This document shows positions 1-9,617 of a stretch of DNA of 64,000 nucleotides, piece by piece (within the stretch, counting starts at the first letter, position 1; the number at the start of each line of letters is the position of its first letter). The translations under genes were made by a program, and so were the position numbers. This DNA is from an uncultured Bdellovibrio sp. (GTDB lineage: Bacteria > Bdellovibrionota > UBA1018), in assembly GCA_964490895.1 (NCBI GenBank), contig CAZBEI010000118.1:482-64481 (forward strand), read 5' to 3'. The notes below the pieces were generated by a model, which was not told where the DNA came from, ran no database searches, and was given only the letters and a program-made list of their open reading frames with translations.

Positions 1-10
1 AAAAACCACA

Positions 11-1054
11 ATGCTACACACCACTTTTAGACAAAGAATTTCTAATCCCAGACGGCTCCGGAATATGAAAATCCGCCACCAGGTGGAAAATCTTATTCGT
101 GAGTTTTTTTTCGAGCAAAACTTTTTAGAAACTCGGACTCCTCTGTTAGTTAAAAGCCCTGGGATGGAGCCTCACATTCGTCCCTTTAAGCTTAAATCGG
201 GAGCTTATCTCCCCACTTCTCCAGAATTTGCTATGAAAAAACTTTTGGTGGGAGGTTTAGTAAAAATATTTCAAATCTGTCCTGCTTTTAGAGACGAACC
301 TCGCTCTCCTCACCATCACCCTGAATTTATGATCTTAGAATGGTATCGAGCTCAGGCCGGCTATAAAGAAATCATGGAAGATACCGAAAACTTAGTCGCT
401 TTTATGGCTCAAAAACTATTTCAGAAAGCTTCCCTAAGCTATCAAGAAAATGAAATTTCTGTAAAACCACCTTGGCCTCGTTTTAAAATAAGAGATCTAT
501 TTATGCTCCACACTGGAGTGGAGCTCACTCAAACACAAACTTTAGCTAAAATGCAAAAGTCGTGTAAAAAACTTAGACTCCCCGTGTCTCCGAAAGACAC
601 TTGGGATGACCTTTATTTTAAAATCTGGCTCAACCTCATTGAACCTAAACTCCCCAAGGATCGTGCTATTTTTGTCATAGACTATCCTACTTCGCAGGCA
701 GCTCTCTCTGTTTTAAAAAAGGAACCTGATGGAAGCACATGGGCCAAACGTTTTGAATTTTATATTGGAGGTTTAGAGTTGGGCAATGCCTTCGAAGAAC
801 TCACCGATCCCGTCGAACAAAAAAAACGTTTTATCCACGACATGGCGCTCAGAAAAAAAATCTATGGTCGCTCTTTTCCAAGCAACCCAATCGACGATGA
901 GTTTCTCGCAGCACTAACAGAAGGCCTGCCTCCCTCGGGTGGCATAGCCGTTGGAGTGGATCGGCTTGTGATGCTTTTTGCCAATGAAACAGACATTGAT
1001 TACACGGTTTGGCTACCGAGCTATACTCAGCCTTGTAGATTAAATAATTTTTAA
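11..1054 (+). CDS. epmA: EF-P (R)-beta-lysine ligase EpmA (PoxA/GenX), class II LysRS-like catalytic core without anticodon-binding domain
   Basis: 347-aa ORF with class II aaRS core motifs (LETRTPLL, FRDEP, HHHPEFMILEWY, C-terminal GGIAVGVDRLVML) and EpmA-like length. The 5' end may extend beyond the window. Confidence 0.7.
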   Translation: MLHTTFRQRISNPRRLRNMKIRHQVENLIREFFFEQNFLETRTPLLVKSPGMEPHIRPFKLKSGAYLPTSPEFAMKKLLVGGLVKIFQICPAFRDEPRSPHHHPEFMILEWYRAQAGYKEIMEDTENLVAFMAQKLFQKASLSYQENEISVKPPWPRFKIRDLFMLHTGVELTQTQTLAKMQKSCKKLRLPVSPKDTWDDLYFKIWLNLIEPKLPKDRAIFVIDYPTSQAALSVLKKEPDGSTWAKRFEFYIGGLELGNAFEELTDPVEQKKRFIHDMALRKKIYGRSFPSNPIDDEFLAALTEGLPPSGGIAVGVDRLVMLFANETDIDYTVWLPSYTQPCRLNNF

Positions 1055-1071
1055 AGCAAAACAGATACTCC

Positions 1072-1812
1072 CTAACCAAAATTTTCACGACAAATTAAGG
1101 GATCGCCTGGACTCCAAGTCAAATAGCTCCCATGAACCTTAGGGTATCCCATGTTGATGTACTGGGCATTTTTTTCGCCACTGCTTAAAACCATTTCGTC
1201 TTTATCGTGGCAATGTCCCATCACAACGAAATCAAATCCCTGCTTGATTTTTTCTGATGCAAAATTTCTAAACTCCAGTCGAATTTTTTCTGCACGATCT
1301 TGAGGCATGTCTTCGAACCTAAAAATTTTTCCTGTGCGACTGTGCCTGCTCCAGTTTTTTCCAATCCAATCGACTAAGCCATCAGGTGCACAGTAAACAA
1401 ATCCTTTCATCGCAGAGCTCCTGAGAAATGATCTGACCATCCTATATCTTAAGTCATTTGTCTTAACCAAGTCTCCATGGGCAAAGTAAAACTTTTTGCC
1501 TTCAAGTGTAAGCTCAAAGTCTCGAGCATAAAGGCGCCCATCACAGAAAATATTTTTCATGAGAAAATCATGGTTACCTTCGATGTAGTGGATCTCAACC
1601 CCCTTTTTTTTGAGTGTGCTCAGGATTTCAAAAAAGTCTTGATAGCGAGCGCGAAAAATTTTTTTACCTCCTATAAAAAGATCAAAAATATCTCCTGCAA
1701 AAACAAGAATATCTCCACCAGAAATTTTATTTTTTAACCTTTCTAGTAACTTCTGATAAATCGGGTCATTCTTATCCAAAATATGAAGATCCGAAAAAAC
1801 CAAGAGTTGCAT
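1072..1812 (-). CDS. calcineurin-like metallophosphoesterase, LpxH-like (UDP-2,3-diacylglucosamine diphosphatase family)
   Basis: 246 aa. N-terminal DLH and GD motifs (VFSDLHI...FAGDIFDLFIGG) and a GNHD motif (IEGNHDF) match the LpxH-type layout. Confidence 0.5.
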   Translation of the reverse strand: MQLLVFSDLHILDKNDPIYQKLLERLKNKISGGDILVFAGDIFDLFIGGKKIFRARYQDFFEILSTLKKKGVEIHYIEGNHDFLMKNIFCDGRLYARDFELTLEGKKFYFAHGDLVKTNDLRYRMVRSFLRSSAMKGFVYCAPDGLVDWIGKNWSRHSRTGKIFRFEDMPQDRAEKIRLEFRNFASEKIKQGFDFVVMGHCHDKDEMVLSSGEKNAQYINMGYPKVHGSYLTWSPGDPLICRENFG

Positions 1813-1832
1813 AGGGATAGTAAGTAACAGGA

Positions 1833-2258
1833 TCAGAGCTTTTGATCCAGGATTTTTCCGCGGTTAGAACTCAGTTTCTGGGCTGCCTCTCGCATTTTCA
1901 GAAATTCTTCGCCTGAGAACTGTCTTACAATGGCACCGGAGCCATCTTTAAGCACAACCTTTAGCCCCAGCTCTGAACTTGTGAGAGAGGCTTGGAGCTC
2001 TTGAGATGAAACATGGAGTTCATTTTGAAATGTCTTGAGAGCTTCTTCGACTTTTTCATCATTTGCAGTCAGTGGTACAGCCAGTGGTGCAGCCAGTGGT
2101 GCAGTCAGTGGTGCAGTCAGTGGTATATGAAGATGATCGTCTTTTTGAGGGGCCTCCTCATGCTGTTTTCGTTCTTCTCGCGCATGCCCATCGGCCTCTT
2201 GTTTCCGAGAAATTCGGGTAGGCAATTCCATGAGCCCACTAAAAGGATTAATTTTCAC
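1833..2258 (-). CDS. flaG: flagellar protein FlaG
   Basis: 141 aa located directly downstream of the flagellin genes. The C-terminal LGLKVVLKDGSGAIVRQFSGEEFLKM resembles the FlaG signature (V.D..TGEVIRQIP.EE). It contains a (TAPL)n repeat. Confidence 0.6.
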   Translation of the reverse strand: MKINPFSGLMELPTRISRKQEADGHAREERKQHEEAPQKDDHLHIPLTAPLTAPLAAPLAVPLTANDEKVEEALKTFQNELHVSSQELQASLTSSELGLKVVLKDGSGAIVRQFSGEEFLKMREAAQKLSSNRGKILDQKL

Positions 2259-2410
2259 TTTCGACCCCCTGCATTACTCTTTTCGGCATTCTATATAAAA
2301 TATTTAAATAAAAACCCCCCACGAGCTCGGCACTCCTGGGGGGTGGGCTTAAGACAATCTGTAGGAGCGTTATCGCCCTTACAGATTTAGGCGCAAGACG
2401 ATTCTGGACA

Positions 2411-3304
2411 CTAACCTAATAACTTTAATGCAAGCATAGGAGCTGTATTGGCTTGAGCCAGCACAGCAACCCCGGCGCTTTGCAAGATCTGGCCACGCAC
2501 TAGGGCCGTAGTCTCTGCAGCAATGTCCGTATCTGCAATTCGAGACCTTGCAGTGGCTAAGTTTTCTTTGCCAATTCCAATATTATTGACTGTCGCATGG
2601 AGCTTATTTTGAGTGGCTCCCAAGCGAGCTCTGGCTTCGAAAACTTTTGCAATGCCGCCATCAACCATATCCATCGCTTCGCGGGCGCTATCGATTGTTT
2701 CGTAATTTAATCCTTCGACTCCCAACGCAGAAGTTTTGACATTGTAATCTCCTGGCATAAACACAATTCGATCCGAATCATTGAGTTCTTTTCGAATGCC
2801 CACTTGAAATTGCAACTCTGCTTTTTGTGCTTCACCATTGAGTAGAGAGGTCCCATTGTAATTGGTCACATTGGCAATTCGATCTACTTCGGCAAGCAGT
2901 GTCTGGACTTCTTGATGAATAAAACCCCTTTCTTTTTCGCCCACGGTGTCCGAAGAAGCCTGGACAGCCAGTTCTCGCATGCGAATTAATATATTTCCTA
3001 TTTCTGTAATTCCGCCCTCTGCCACTTGTACAAACGAAATTCCATCATTGGCATTTCGCTCTGCCTGCGACATGGAACGAATTTGAGCACGCAAATTTTC
3101 ACTAATAGACAAACCTGCAGCGTCATCCCCTGCAGTGGTGATGCGATTTCCAGAAGAAAGTCGCATGTAAGATTTTGCTTGCTCGTCATTATTTTGAGAA
3201 AGGACCCGATTGGCTGCCATTGCAGCAATGTTTGTAGATATTCTTAAACCCATAACAAACAATCCTCCATTGCTCGGTCGCCTAAAATTTTTAATTTTAG
3301 ACAA
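2411..3304 (-). CDS. fliC: flagellin
   Basis: 297 aa with the conserved flagellin N-terminus (MGLRISTNIAAM...LSSGNRITTAGDDAAGL) and C-terminal D0 region (LQSAGVAVLAQAN...LALKLLG). Confidence 0.92.
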   Translation of the reverse strand: MSKIKNFRRPSNGGLFVMGLRISTNIAAMAANRVLSQNNDEQAKSYMRLSSGNRITTAGDDAAGLSISENLRAQIRSMSQAERNANDGISFVQVAEGGITEIGNILIRMRELAVQASSDTVGEKERGFIHQEVQTLLAEVDRIANVTNYNGTSLLNGEAQKAELQFQVGIRKELNDSDRIVFMPGDYNVKTSALGVEGLNYETIDSAREAMDMVDGGIAKVFEARARLGATQNKLHATVNNIGIGKENLATARSRIADTDIAAETTALVRGQILQSAGVAVLAQANTAPMLALKLLG

Positions 3305-3605
3305 GAGAGCCTATCTCCTGAACGCTTTGTTCAGGCCGAGTTGTTTAAAAAACGTCTGTTTGGGAAACAAGAACGAAAACTTCTACAGAATTCCGCCACA
3401 AGCAACAGCAATGTACTCCGGCAGACGTTGTCAGTTTTTTCAGGGAACCCTGTGCTCCCTGCTGACAATAACTGTATCGGAGAGAATAGCTGTTACTTGA
3501 CTAAAATACTAAACATTAACAATTCCCACTCTAAAGTTAGGGCGAGGACTAAACCTACTCCCCGCCCCTTCAAAAACGGTGGGGTTTGGCAACCTAGTTT
3601 GCGAA

Positions 3606-4439
3606 TCAACCCAGAAGCTTCAATGCCAACAAGTTGTTCTGATTAGCTTGACTGAGGACCGAAACACCAGCTGATGTGAGAATATTGTACTTTGTCAACT
3701 CTGATGCTTCAGTGGCCACATCTACATCGTAGATTCGGCTTCTGGCAGCAGTCAAATTCTCATTATAGATTTGCATGTTGTTAATACTGGATTGGAGTCT
3801 GTTTTGCAGAGCTCCAAGCTCAGATCGGTTTTCAGTCAAGAGTTTGATAGCGTCATCCACCTTTGCTAAGTTATTTTGGGCGTCTTCTTTTGTGGCCACA
3901 CTCATGCCACCAACCCCCAAATGTTCTGAAGTCACATTGGTTTTTCCCGAATCAAAAACAAGGCGATCTTGCTCAGGATTGTTATTGAGACCAATTTGAA
4001 TTTCTAAAACAGCGCCATCTCCACTCAGAAGCTTTCGACCGTTGAACTCTGTAGAAGCTGCAATTCGATCAATTTCTTGGCCCAATTGCTGGACTTCTTT
4101 GTTCACAAAGCTTCTTTCGGCATCTCCAATCGTATCCGAAGCAGACTGGATAGAAAGCTCTCGAAATCGCACTAAAATATTGGCAACTTCGTTCATTCCG
4201 CCCTCTGCTGTCTGAATCATAGAAATACCGTCATTTGCATTTCGAACATCTTGCTGGATGCCCCGGACATAGCCTCTCATCTTTTCTGAGATAGCCAGGC
4301 CAGCGGCATCATCCGCAGCTCGAGTGATTCTTGTACCAGACGCCAGTTTCTCTAGGGACGCTTTTTGAGCAGCACTATTTGTGCCCAAATTTCTTTGCGC
4401 CGCCAGAGATTGGACGTTTGTACTTACACGTAGACCCAT
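3606..4439 (-). CDS. fliC: flagellin (second tandem paralog)
   Basis: 277 aa with the same conserved N- and C-terminal flagellin segments and a divergent central region. Confidence 0.92.
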   Translation of the reverse strand: MGLRVSTNVQSLAAQRNLGTNSAAQKASLEKLASGTRITRAADDAAGLAISEKMRGYVRGIQQDVRNANDGISMIQTAEGGMNEVANILVRFRELSIQSASDTIGDAERSFVNKEVQQLGQEIDRIAASTEFNGRKLLSGDGAVLEIQIGLNNNPEQDRLVFDSGKTNVTSEHLGVGGMSVATKEDAQNNLAKVDDAIKLLTENRSELGALQNRLQSSINNMQIYNENLTAARSRIYDVDVATEASELTKYNILTSAGVSVLSQANQNNLLALKLLG

Positions 4440-4594
4440 TGTACACCTCCATCAAAGCACTCCATCAAAACACTAAAGCATAAAAATGCATTAGCTTTTA
4501 GAGCACCTCTATTGTTTTGCAGGATTTGCTGCACCCTGCTTTTTAAGCTCTCTAGCCGGCACCACACCAGCTAAAAAACTTCTTACAATTGATT

Positions 4595-4621
4595 AAATCG
4601 GTCGGAATTAATAAAACTTTA
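4595..4621 (-). promoter_or_regulatory. candidate sigma-28 (FliA) promoter for the upstream flagellin gene
   Basis: Minus-strand sequence TAAAGTTT-N11-ACCGATTT against the consensus TAAAGTTT-N11-GCCGATAA, about 155 nt upstream of the flagellin ATG at 4439. Confidence 0.35.
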
Positions 4622-4677
4622 TACTTTTTTGATCAGGTATATTTAAAAAATAAACATGGCTCATAAAACTATTTAAC

Positions 4678-5637
4678 TTATTGTATTTTATCAGAAATAA
4701 TTGAAGCAGCGCGGTATGGATCAATCTCTTGTCTTAACAGTTTGTCTAAGACCTCTTTTCCAAAAGCAGAATTAAAGACTGTTTTAACTTTTTTATTAAG
4801 CTCTTCTGTCAAGATTTCCAGAACCTCATTTTCGAGAAACTGAAGTCTCTTTTTTTCTCTATTCTCACTGTTTACTAAAAAGGTTTGATGTTCTTGAACG
4901 GCATCCAAAAGTTCTTTAATCCCACCTTCTTTCAAAGCCTCTGTTTTAAGGATTGGAACTTGCCACGTGTTTTTTTCGTCTGGCTTTAGACCCACAAAAG
5001 AAACGAGTTCTCTCACTAACTGATCAGCCTGGGGCCGATCACTTTTATTGACTACAAACAGATCTGCAATTTCCATCAGTCCCGCTTTCATCACTTGAAT
5101 CGAATCTCCGCTCTCTGGAACTAAAACAACCACAACGGTTTGTGCGAGTTTCATAATATCGAGTTCTGTCTGCCCCACCCCAGCAGTCTCGACGAGAATG
5201 ACATCAAAGTGAGCAGCGTCTAAGACCAAAACAACCTCCTGGGTAGCCTGCGAAAGCCCGCCCCTTTTTCCTCGAGTGCCCACGGAGCGAATGAAAACCT
5301 TTGGATCCAAGGCATGAGCTTGCATCCGGATTCGATCGCCCAAGAGAGCTCCGCCAGAAAATGGGCTCGAAGGATCCACGGCTACAATAGCCACTTTTTT
5401 TCCTAATTTTCTCAAAGAAGCCGTCAGACGATCAATCAGAGTCGATTTGCCTGCTCCAGGAGGACCTGTAATCCCCCAGACCTGGGCTTTTCCTGTGTTT
5501 GGAAAAATTTTTCCCATGATTTGGCTTAAATCTGAATCTCGGTTTTCGACCTTAGATAAAACTCGGGCAAGCGAAAGGAGATCTCCCGACAAGACTCCTT
5601 GCGTTAATTTTTCTATCGAATTCCTATTTGCCTGCAA
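4678..5637 (-). CDS. MeaB/ArgK-like G3E-family GTPase
   Basis: 319 aa with P-loop GITGPPGAGKSTLIDRL and G3E-family layout. No mutase gene is adjacent. Confidence 0.7.
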   Translation of the reverse strand: MQANRNSIEKLTQGVLSGDLLSLARVLSKVENRDSDLSQIMGKIFPNTGKAQVWGITGPPGAGKSTLIDRLTASLRKLGKKVAIVAVDPSSPFSGGALLGDRIRMQAHALDPKVFIRSVGTRGKRGGLSQATQEVVLVLDAAHFDVILVETAGVGQTELDIMKLAQTVVVVLVPESGDSIQVMKAGLMEIADLFVVNKSDRPQADQLVRELVSFVGLKPDEKNTWQVPILKTEALKEGGIKELLDAVQEHQTFLVNSENREKKRLQFLENEVLEILTEELNKKVKTVFNSAFGKEVLDKLLRQEIDPYRAASIISDKIQ

Positions 5638-5722
5638 AATCCGCCTACCTTGAATTAAACCTGCCTCAAAAAACCCAAAAATCCTAGTCCTATTTCAAGA
5701 AGGTGCGCTATCATTAAGACAG

Positions 5723-6670
5723 ATGGCCGAAGTCTATGTGAGTCGTGATCTATACGAGTTAATCATTGGCGAGCCGCTCCCCGTTGCTTTGTTTTTAAAT
5801 ATTCATGGCAAATACATCCACTATAAAAACAAGGGAGATGTGATTGATAAAATAATTTTTGTACGCCTAGAGCTTCAAAAAATAAAATCTATTTGTATTC
5901 TCAAAGATGATTTGGAATGTTTTTTAAGTTGGACTCTAAAAAATAATCCACCCAAAACCTTACTTGAAACCACAAACGAACCCCCTCTTTTCTCAAACGC
6001 AAAAATTGAAGCAACCCGGGCCATGCTTGATATTTTTCGAGATACTCATCCTGACAAAAAAATCGCTCAAGCCATCAAATCCAGCCAAAAACTTGTTTTA
6101 GAAATCATGAAACTTCCGTATGCGTCCCAAGGACTCAGTCTCTTACACAATTACTCAAAAGGTTGCGTGGATCACTCTGTCAATGTCAGCGTGCTGTCGG
6201 TGTATTTGGCAATGCAAATGGGCTACACTCATGCACATGTTTTACAAAACATTGCGGCCGGAAGCCTCCTCCACGATGTCGGAAAATCTAAAATCCAAAT
6301 CACTGCGGAAGACAACGGCGAAGAGATCAAAAAAAAAATGCTCAATCACCCCCTCTTTGGAGTCACGCTGCTCGAAGGAGATTTTAAGGAAAATACGACC
6401 GTCCCAAACGAAATTAAAATCATCATCGCCCAACACCATGAATGCTTTGACGGCAGTGGCTACCCCAATAAACTCAGAGGCAATACAATCAATGACCTCA
6501 CTCGCATTGTCTCCATTGCAAACCTGTTTGACGAGCTGATGTCTGAAGGGAAGGGAACTCTTATCGACCGTCAGAAAAATGCGATTCTCAATCTAGACCG
6601 AGAATATTATTATAGATTTGATCCACTCAAATTAGATAAAGCTTTAAAAATTTTAAAATTAGGGATCTAA
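5723..6670 (+). CDS. HD-GYP domain protein, probable c-di-GMP phosphodiesterase
   Basis: 315 aa with HD motif LLHDVGKSKI and GYP region HHECFDGSGYPNKLRG. The N-terminal ~100 aa is an unassigned domain. Confidence 0.8.
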   Translation: MAEVYVSRDLYELIIGEPLPVALFLNIHGKYIHYKNKGDVIDKIIFVRLELQKIKSICILKDDLECFLSWTLKNNPPKTLLETTNEPPLFSNAKIEATRAMLDIFRDTHPDKKIAQAIKSSQKLVLEIMKLPYASQGLSLLHNYSKGCVDHSVNVSVLSVYLAMQMGYTHAHVLQNIAAGSLLHDVGKSKIQITAEDNGEEIKKKMLNHPLFGVTLLEGDFKENTTVPNEIKIIIAQHHECFDGSGYPNKLRGNTINDLTRIVSIANLFDELMSEGKGTLIDRQKNAILNLDREYYYRFDPLKLDKALKILKLGI

Positions 6671-8701
6671 GTAAAATTCCCGCGTGACTCCCTCAAAAAA
6701 ATGGAGTGCCTCTCCACTCTTAGAGTATCCAAAGTGATGAATTCGATAAGTGCCAACAGGCGTATTAAAATCTGTCTCCCATAAAAATTTGACGCGTGAA
6801 CACTGAGCGCAATCCCGAGAGCGTTCTCGATTCCAAAAAAATCGAGTCTCTTTATCGCCATCAATAAACACTGGCACCCAAGTCTGATTTTCTAATCTCC
6901 GAACTTCAATAAAATGATCGAGTAATTTTAAGCTATTTCTTGGGTTTGCAGATCTAAATTTTACAACGATAGTATCCCCCTTGAGATAATGACTGTGAGG
7001 TTGAGATAATACATCTCCAAATTTTTCCCAAAATTTCTTTCCATCCGTTTGAGTTTGTGAAAGATAATCTTTGAGTGGTTTTTTCCTGGCGGGACGAGGA
7101 TCGTCGATAAAAACCTCTTTTCCCTCTTTCATGGATTTTGCCATTTTTGAAAATGTCTCCAAGTAGACACGGAGCGTTTGAGGGCCAAACAAAGTAAAGC
7201 CACCCTCATAATTTTGCTCCTGATATTCTTCGGGAGTGGTCACATATCCTGAATAGTCGTTCGAAATGGCTGAGATCATTGCCGAGTTGACCCCAAGTGG
7301 AGCCAATTCTTCGATGAGAAGTTTTTTGAGCCTTCTTCCCGCCATCGTGGTCATCTCGCCAGGAACTCCAGCAATAGCCAAGGACCCAATCACTAAAAGT
7401 TGAAAGGGAAGCGTCTCCGGCAATAGGTCTGGGTTTTTAGGATCGGTGGCCATTAAAATAATTTTAGGTCGGTGACAATCTTTTCCATGCGTCGAACCGC
7501 CCAGAAGAAGTCTCAGAAAAAGTGCGATCCCTTCTAGAGGAGGCGCTACGATTGTTTCGTCTTGCTTCATCCCTTCAAAAAGGCCTGGAATGTCGCTTGG
7601 ACCATCGTCGGCGCCTGCTGCAAAAGAATACCCCATCGCTGCATTGCAGGCTTTTAGCGGCATATGAACCCAAACTGAACGATAACGAAGCTGAGGAGAG
7701 AGCTCCAGTAAAGCGTTCTCAAAAAGCTCCTTTGCTTTCGCATATTGTTTAAAGCCATTTTCCTCAGTCAAAATAAAGTCTGCTAAAAGATCTTTTTTTC
7801 GATTCCCTTTCGAATCCACCTCAAATGGGGGAGCCGAATCTCCTTCGTTTGCATTTGCAAAAGCAGCCACAAAAGTTTTAGCATGAGTATTCATTTCTCT
7901 TTCGAAAAACTCAGCAGCCCTCCCTTTATTGTCAGCGCTCACAAGGTGGTTTCGGTTACTCATGCAGGTGGCATGAACTGCAAACCAATTAATGAGGCCG
8001 ATTTCTTGATTGGGCTCTTGAGTAAATCTCAAGACCAGGCTTGTGGGATCGATATTGTACTCAAAATTTTTCCAATCTTTGTTTGCATAATAGGCTGGAA
8101 GGGAGCGATTTTTAGAGGCCCCCAATAATCGGCCTTCATTGATTCTAATATTTCCGGACGCCCTATTATGATAAGCTTTTAAAACAGACTTTGTAATTCC
8201 ATCTACAATCACATCAAAATTTTTTTGATCAAACCCCAGGGTGGGAAAATTAAAAATATCATGGTGAGAAAATCCACCTGGGCCCGCGTGAGTATGGGTG
8301 GCAGAAATCAGAAGATTCGCTTCTTTAAATTTGCCAGGTACAGTGACTTCTAAATTCTTTAGAACAGCTGTTTTTATTTCTGCAAAGACCAGGCCCAAAT
8401 CAACAATCACGATCGCCATAAGCTGATTCGATTGAGGCAACTCGATCACAAAGGCCCGGGACCTCAAGCGAGTATGAATGCCCTTTCCAACCTCTTCTGT
8501 GTTCCCATAACCCATAAAGGGTCTCTCCACAGCGGGACCCGTGATGTCTTCTAAGGCCGATCCAATGACAAAAAGATCATGCCCTTTAGCCAAGCAAAGA
8601 GGAGTCCCAAGAGGGGTCCAAAGAGGGGTCCAAAAACAAAAAACCAAGACAAAATAAAAAATTTTAATGTGGTGCATCATAATTATGACACTTATCGTCA
8701 T
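6659..8701 (-). CDS. neutral/alkaline ceramidase, secreted
   Basis: 680 aa. After the signal region, the sequence GHDLFVIGSALEDITGPAVERPFMGYGNTEEVGKGIHTRLRSRAFV matches the neutral ceramidase N-terminal signature. The signal peptide contains a WTPL/GTPL repeat. Confidence 0.7.
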   Translation of the reverse strand: MTISVIIMMHHIKIFYFVLVFCFWTPLWTPLGTPLCLAKGHDLFVIGSALEDITGPAVERPFMGYGNTEEVGKGIHTRLRSRAFVIELPQSNQLMAIVIVDLGLVFAEIKTAVLKNLEVTVPGKFKEANLLISATHTHAGPGGFSHHDIFNFPTLGFDQKNFDVIVDGITKSVLKAYHNRASGNIRINEGRLLGASKNRSLPAYYANKDWKNFEYNIDPTSLVLRFTQEPNQEIGLINWFAVHATCMSNRNHLVSADNKGRAAEFFEREMNTHAKTFVAAFANANEGDSAPPFEVDSKGNRKKDLLADFILTEENGFKQYAKAKELFENALLELSPQLRYRSVWVHMPLKACNAAMGYSFAAGADDGPSDIPGLFEGMKQDETIVAPPLEGIALFLRLLLGGSTHGKDCHRPKIILMATDPKNPDLLPETLPFQLLVIGSLAIAGVPGEMTTMAGRRLKKLLIEELAPLGVNSAMISAISNDYSGYVTTPEEYQEQNYEGGFTLFGPQTLRVYLETFSKMAKSMKEGKEVFIDDPRPARKKPLKDYLSQTQTDGKKFWEKFGDVLSQPHSHYLKGDTIVVKFRSANPRNSLKLLDHFIEVRRLENQTWVPVFIDGDKETRFFWNRERSRDCAQCSRVKFLWETDFNTPVGTYRIHHFGYSKSGEALHFFEGVTREFYLDP

Positions 8702-8842
8702 AATTCTATTTTACTTAAGGATATTAACACTCTAATGCTTTGCAGTGGTTACGACGCAATACATTAAGAATGTGTATTGCTTTTTTGAACAATTTAGATA
8801 TTCTTTTCCAAACGTAGTTTAACTTCGAATTGGGGGAACTTT

Positions 8843-9421
8843 ATGAAATCAAAAATGATCTCGTTGTTGTTTTTAATAAGTCTTATTTCAAGCCCGTTTG
8901 CAAATGCAAATGACCTAAACGACCTTATTTTACAAAAATTAACTCTCACTTTGCAAGATGCAGAGAATCTCATCAATTGGAAAGTTGGCGACGAAATGAA
9001 TTACAATGTCTCCCTTGGAGCCTTTGGCCAGATCGGTACAATGAACAAGTCTGTAACCAAGGACGAAGGTGCAGCCCTTTGGATTAAACAAGCCCTGTCC
9101 TTGTCTGGAATGCAAGATACTTCGGAGATTTTAATTAATAAAGCTGACGGAAAAATTCTTAAAATGATCCACAATGGACAAGAACAACCCGTTCCAAACG
9201 AAGAAATCGAAATCATCTCTCAAGACTATACCAACGTCACTGTCCCAGCCGGGACTTTTGATGTGATCCATGTCGTCGCAAAAACAAAACAAGTAAAAAG
9301 AATGGAGATCTGGAGCAATCCTGTAAAAACAGTGATGGACGGAGCAGTAAAGCTGGCGGTTGCGGCCCAGTTTGGCGAAATTGTCATGGAGCTCACTGGT
9401 TTTAAACACGGGGCTTTATGA
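8843..9421 (+). CDS. secreted hypothetical protein
   Basis: 192 aa with a classic signal peptide (MKSKMISLLFLISLISSPFANA), a strong RBS-like context, and no recognisable motif. Confidence 0.5.
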   Translation: MKSKMISLLFLISLISSPFANANDLNDLILQKLTLTLQDAENLINWKVGDEMNYNVSLGAFGQIGTMNKSVTKDEGAALWIKQALSLSGMQDTSEILINKADGKILKMIHNGQEQPVPNEEIEIISQDYTNVTVPAGTFDVIHVVAKTKQVKRMEIWSNPVKTVMDGAVKLAVAAQFGEIVMELTGFKHGAL

Positions 9422-9428
9422 TTTTATT

Positions 9429-9617
9429 ATGATTTTATTTTCTTCTAAAGAAAAAAAAATCCTAGAAATTGCAAAAAAAGAAGTCCATCCAAAATTAGCC
9501 CTCGAGTTTGAACCAATCACTCGGGGGCCATTTTTTGCTCTCCTCGGGATTATAGCCATTGGGTTTTTGGGTTTGTTTTACATCATCGTCATGAGGTTTT
9601 GTGGCCGAAAACCCTGA
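9429..9617 (+). CDS. small single-TM membrane protein (hypothetical)
   Basis: 62 aa (MILFSSKEKK...FFALLGIIAIGFLGLFYIIVM) ending inside the start of the GMC oxidoreductase gene. Coding status is uncertain. Confidence 0.25.
   Translation: MILFSSKEKKILEIAKKEVHPKLALEFEPITRGPFFALLGIIAIGFLGLFYIIVMRFCGRKP

Noticed and set aside
1477-1737. 86-aa plus-strand ORF inside the lpxH-like gene
   Set aside because: It lies entirely within a well-supported minus-strand CDS and has no RBS or motif.
2013-2390. plus-strand ORF (125 aa) with SQWCSQWCSQW repeats
   Set aside because: It is antisense to flaG and its repeats merely mirror the flaG 12-nt tandem repeat, so it is an artefact.
3305-3605. sigma-28 promoter for the second flagellin and the hairpin CCTGAAC-gcttt-GTTCAGG
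   Set aside because: No convincing TAAA-N15-GCCGATAA match. The 7-bp hairpin lacks a T-run and lies about 270 nt after the upstream flagellin stop, so it is not confidently a terminator.
6120-6539. 139-aa ORF overlapping the HD-GYP gene in another frame
   Set aside because: Alternative-frame artefact, since the HD-GYP frame has clear motifs.
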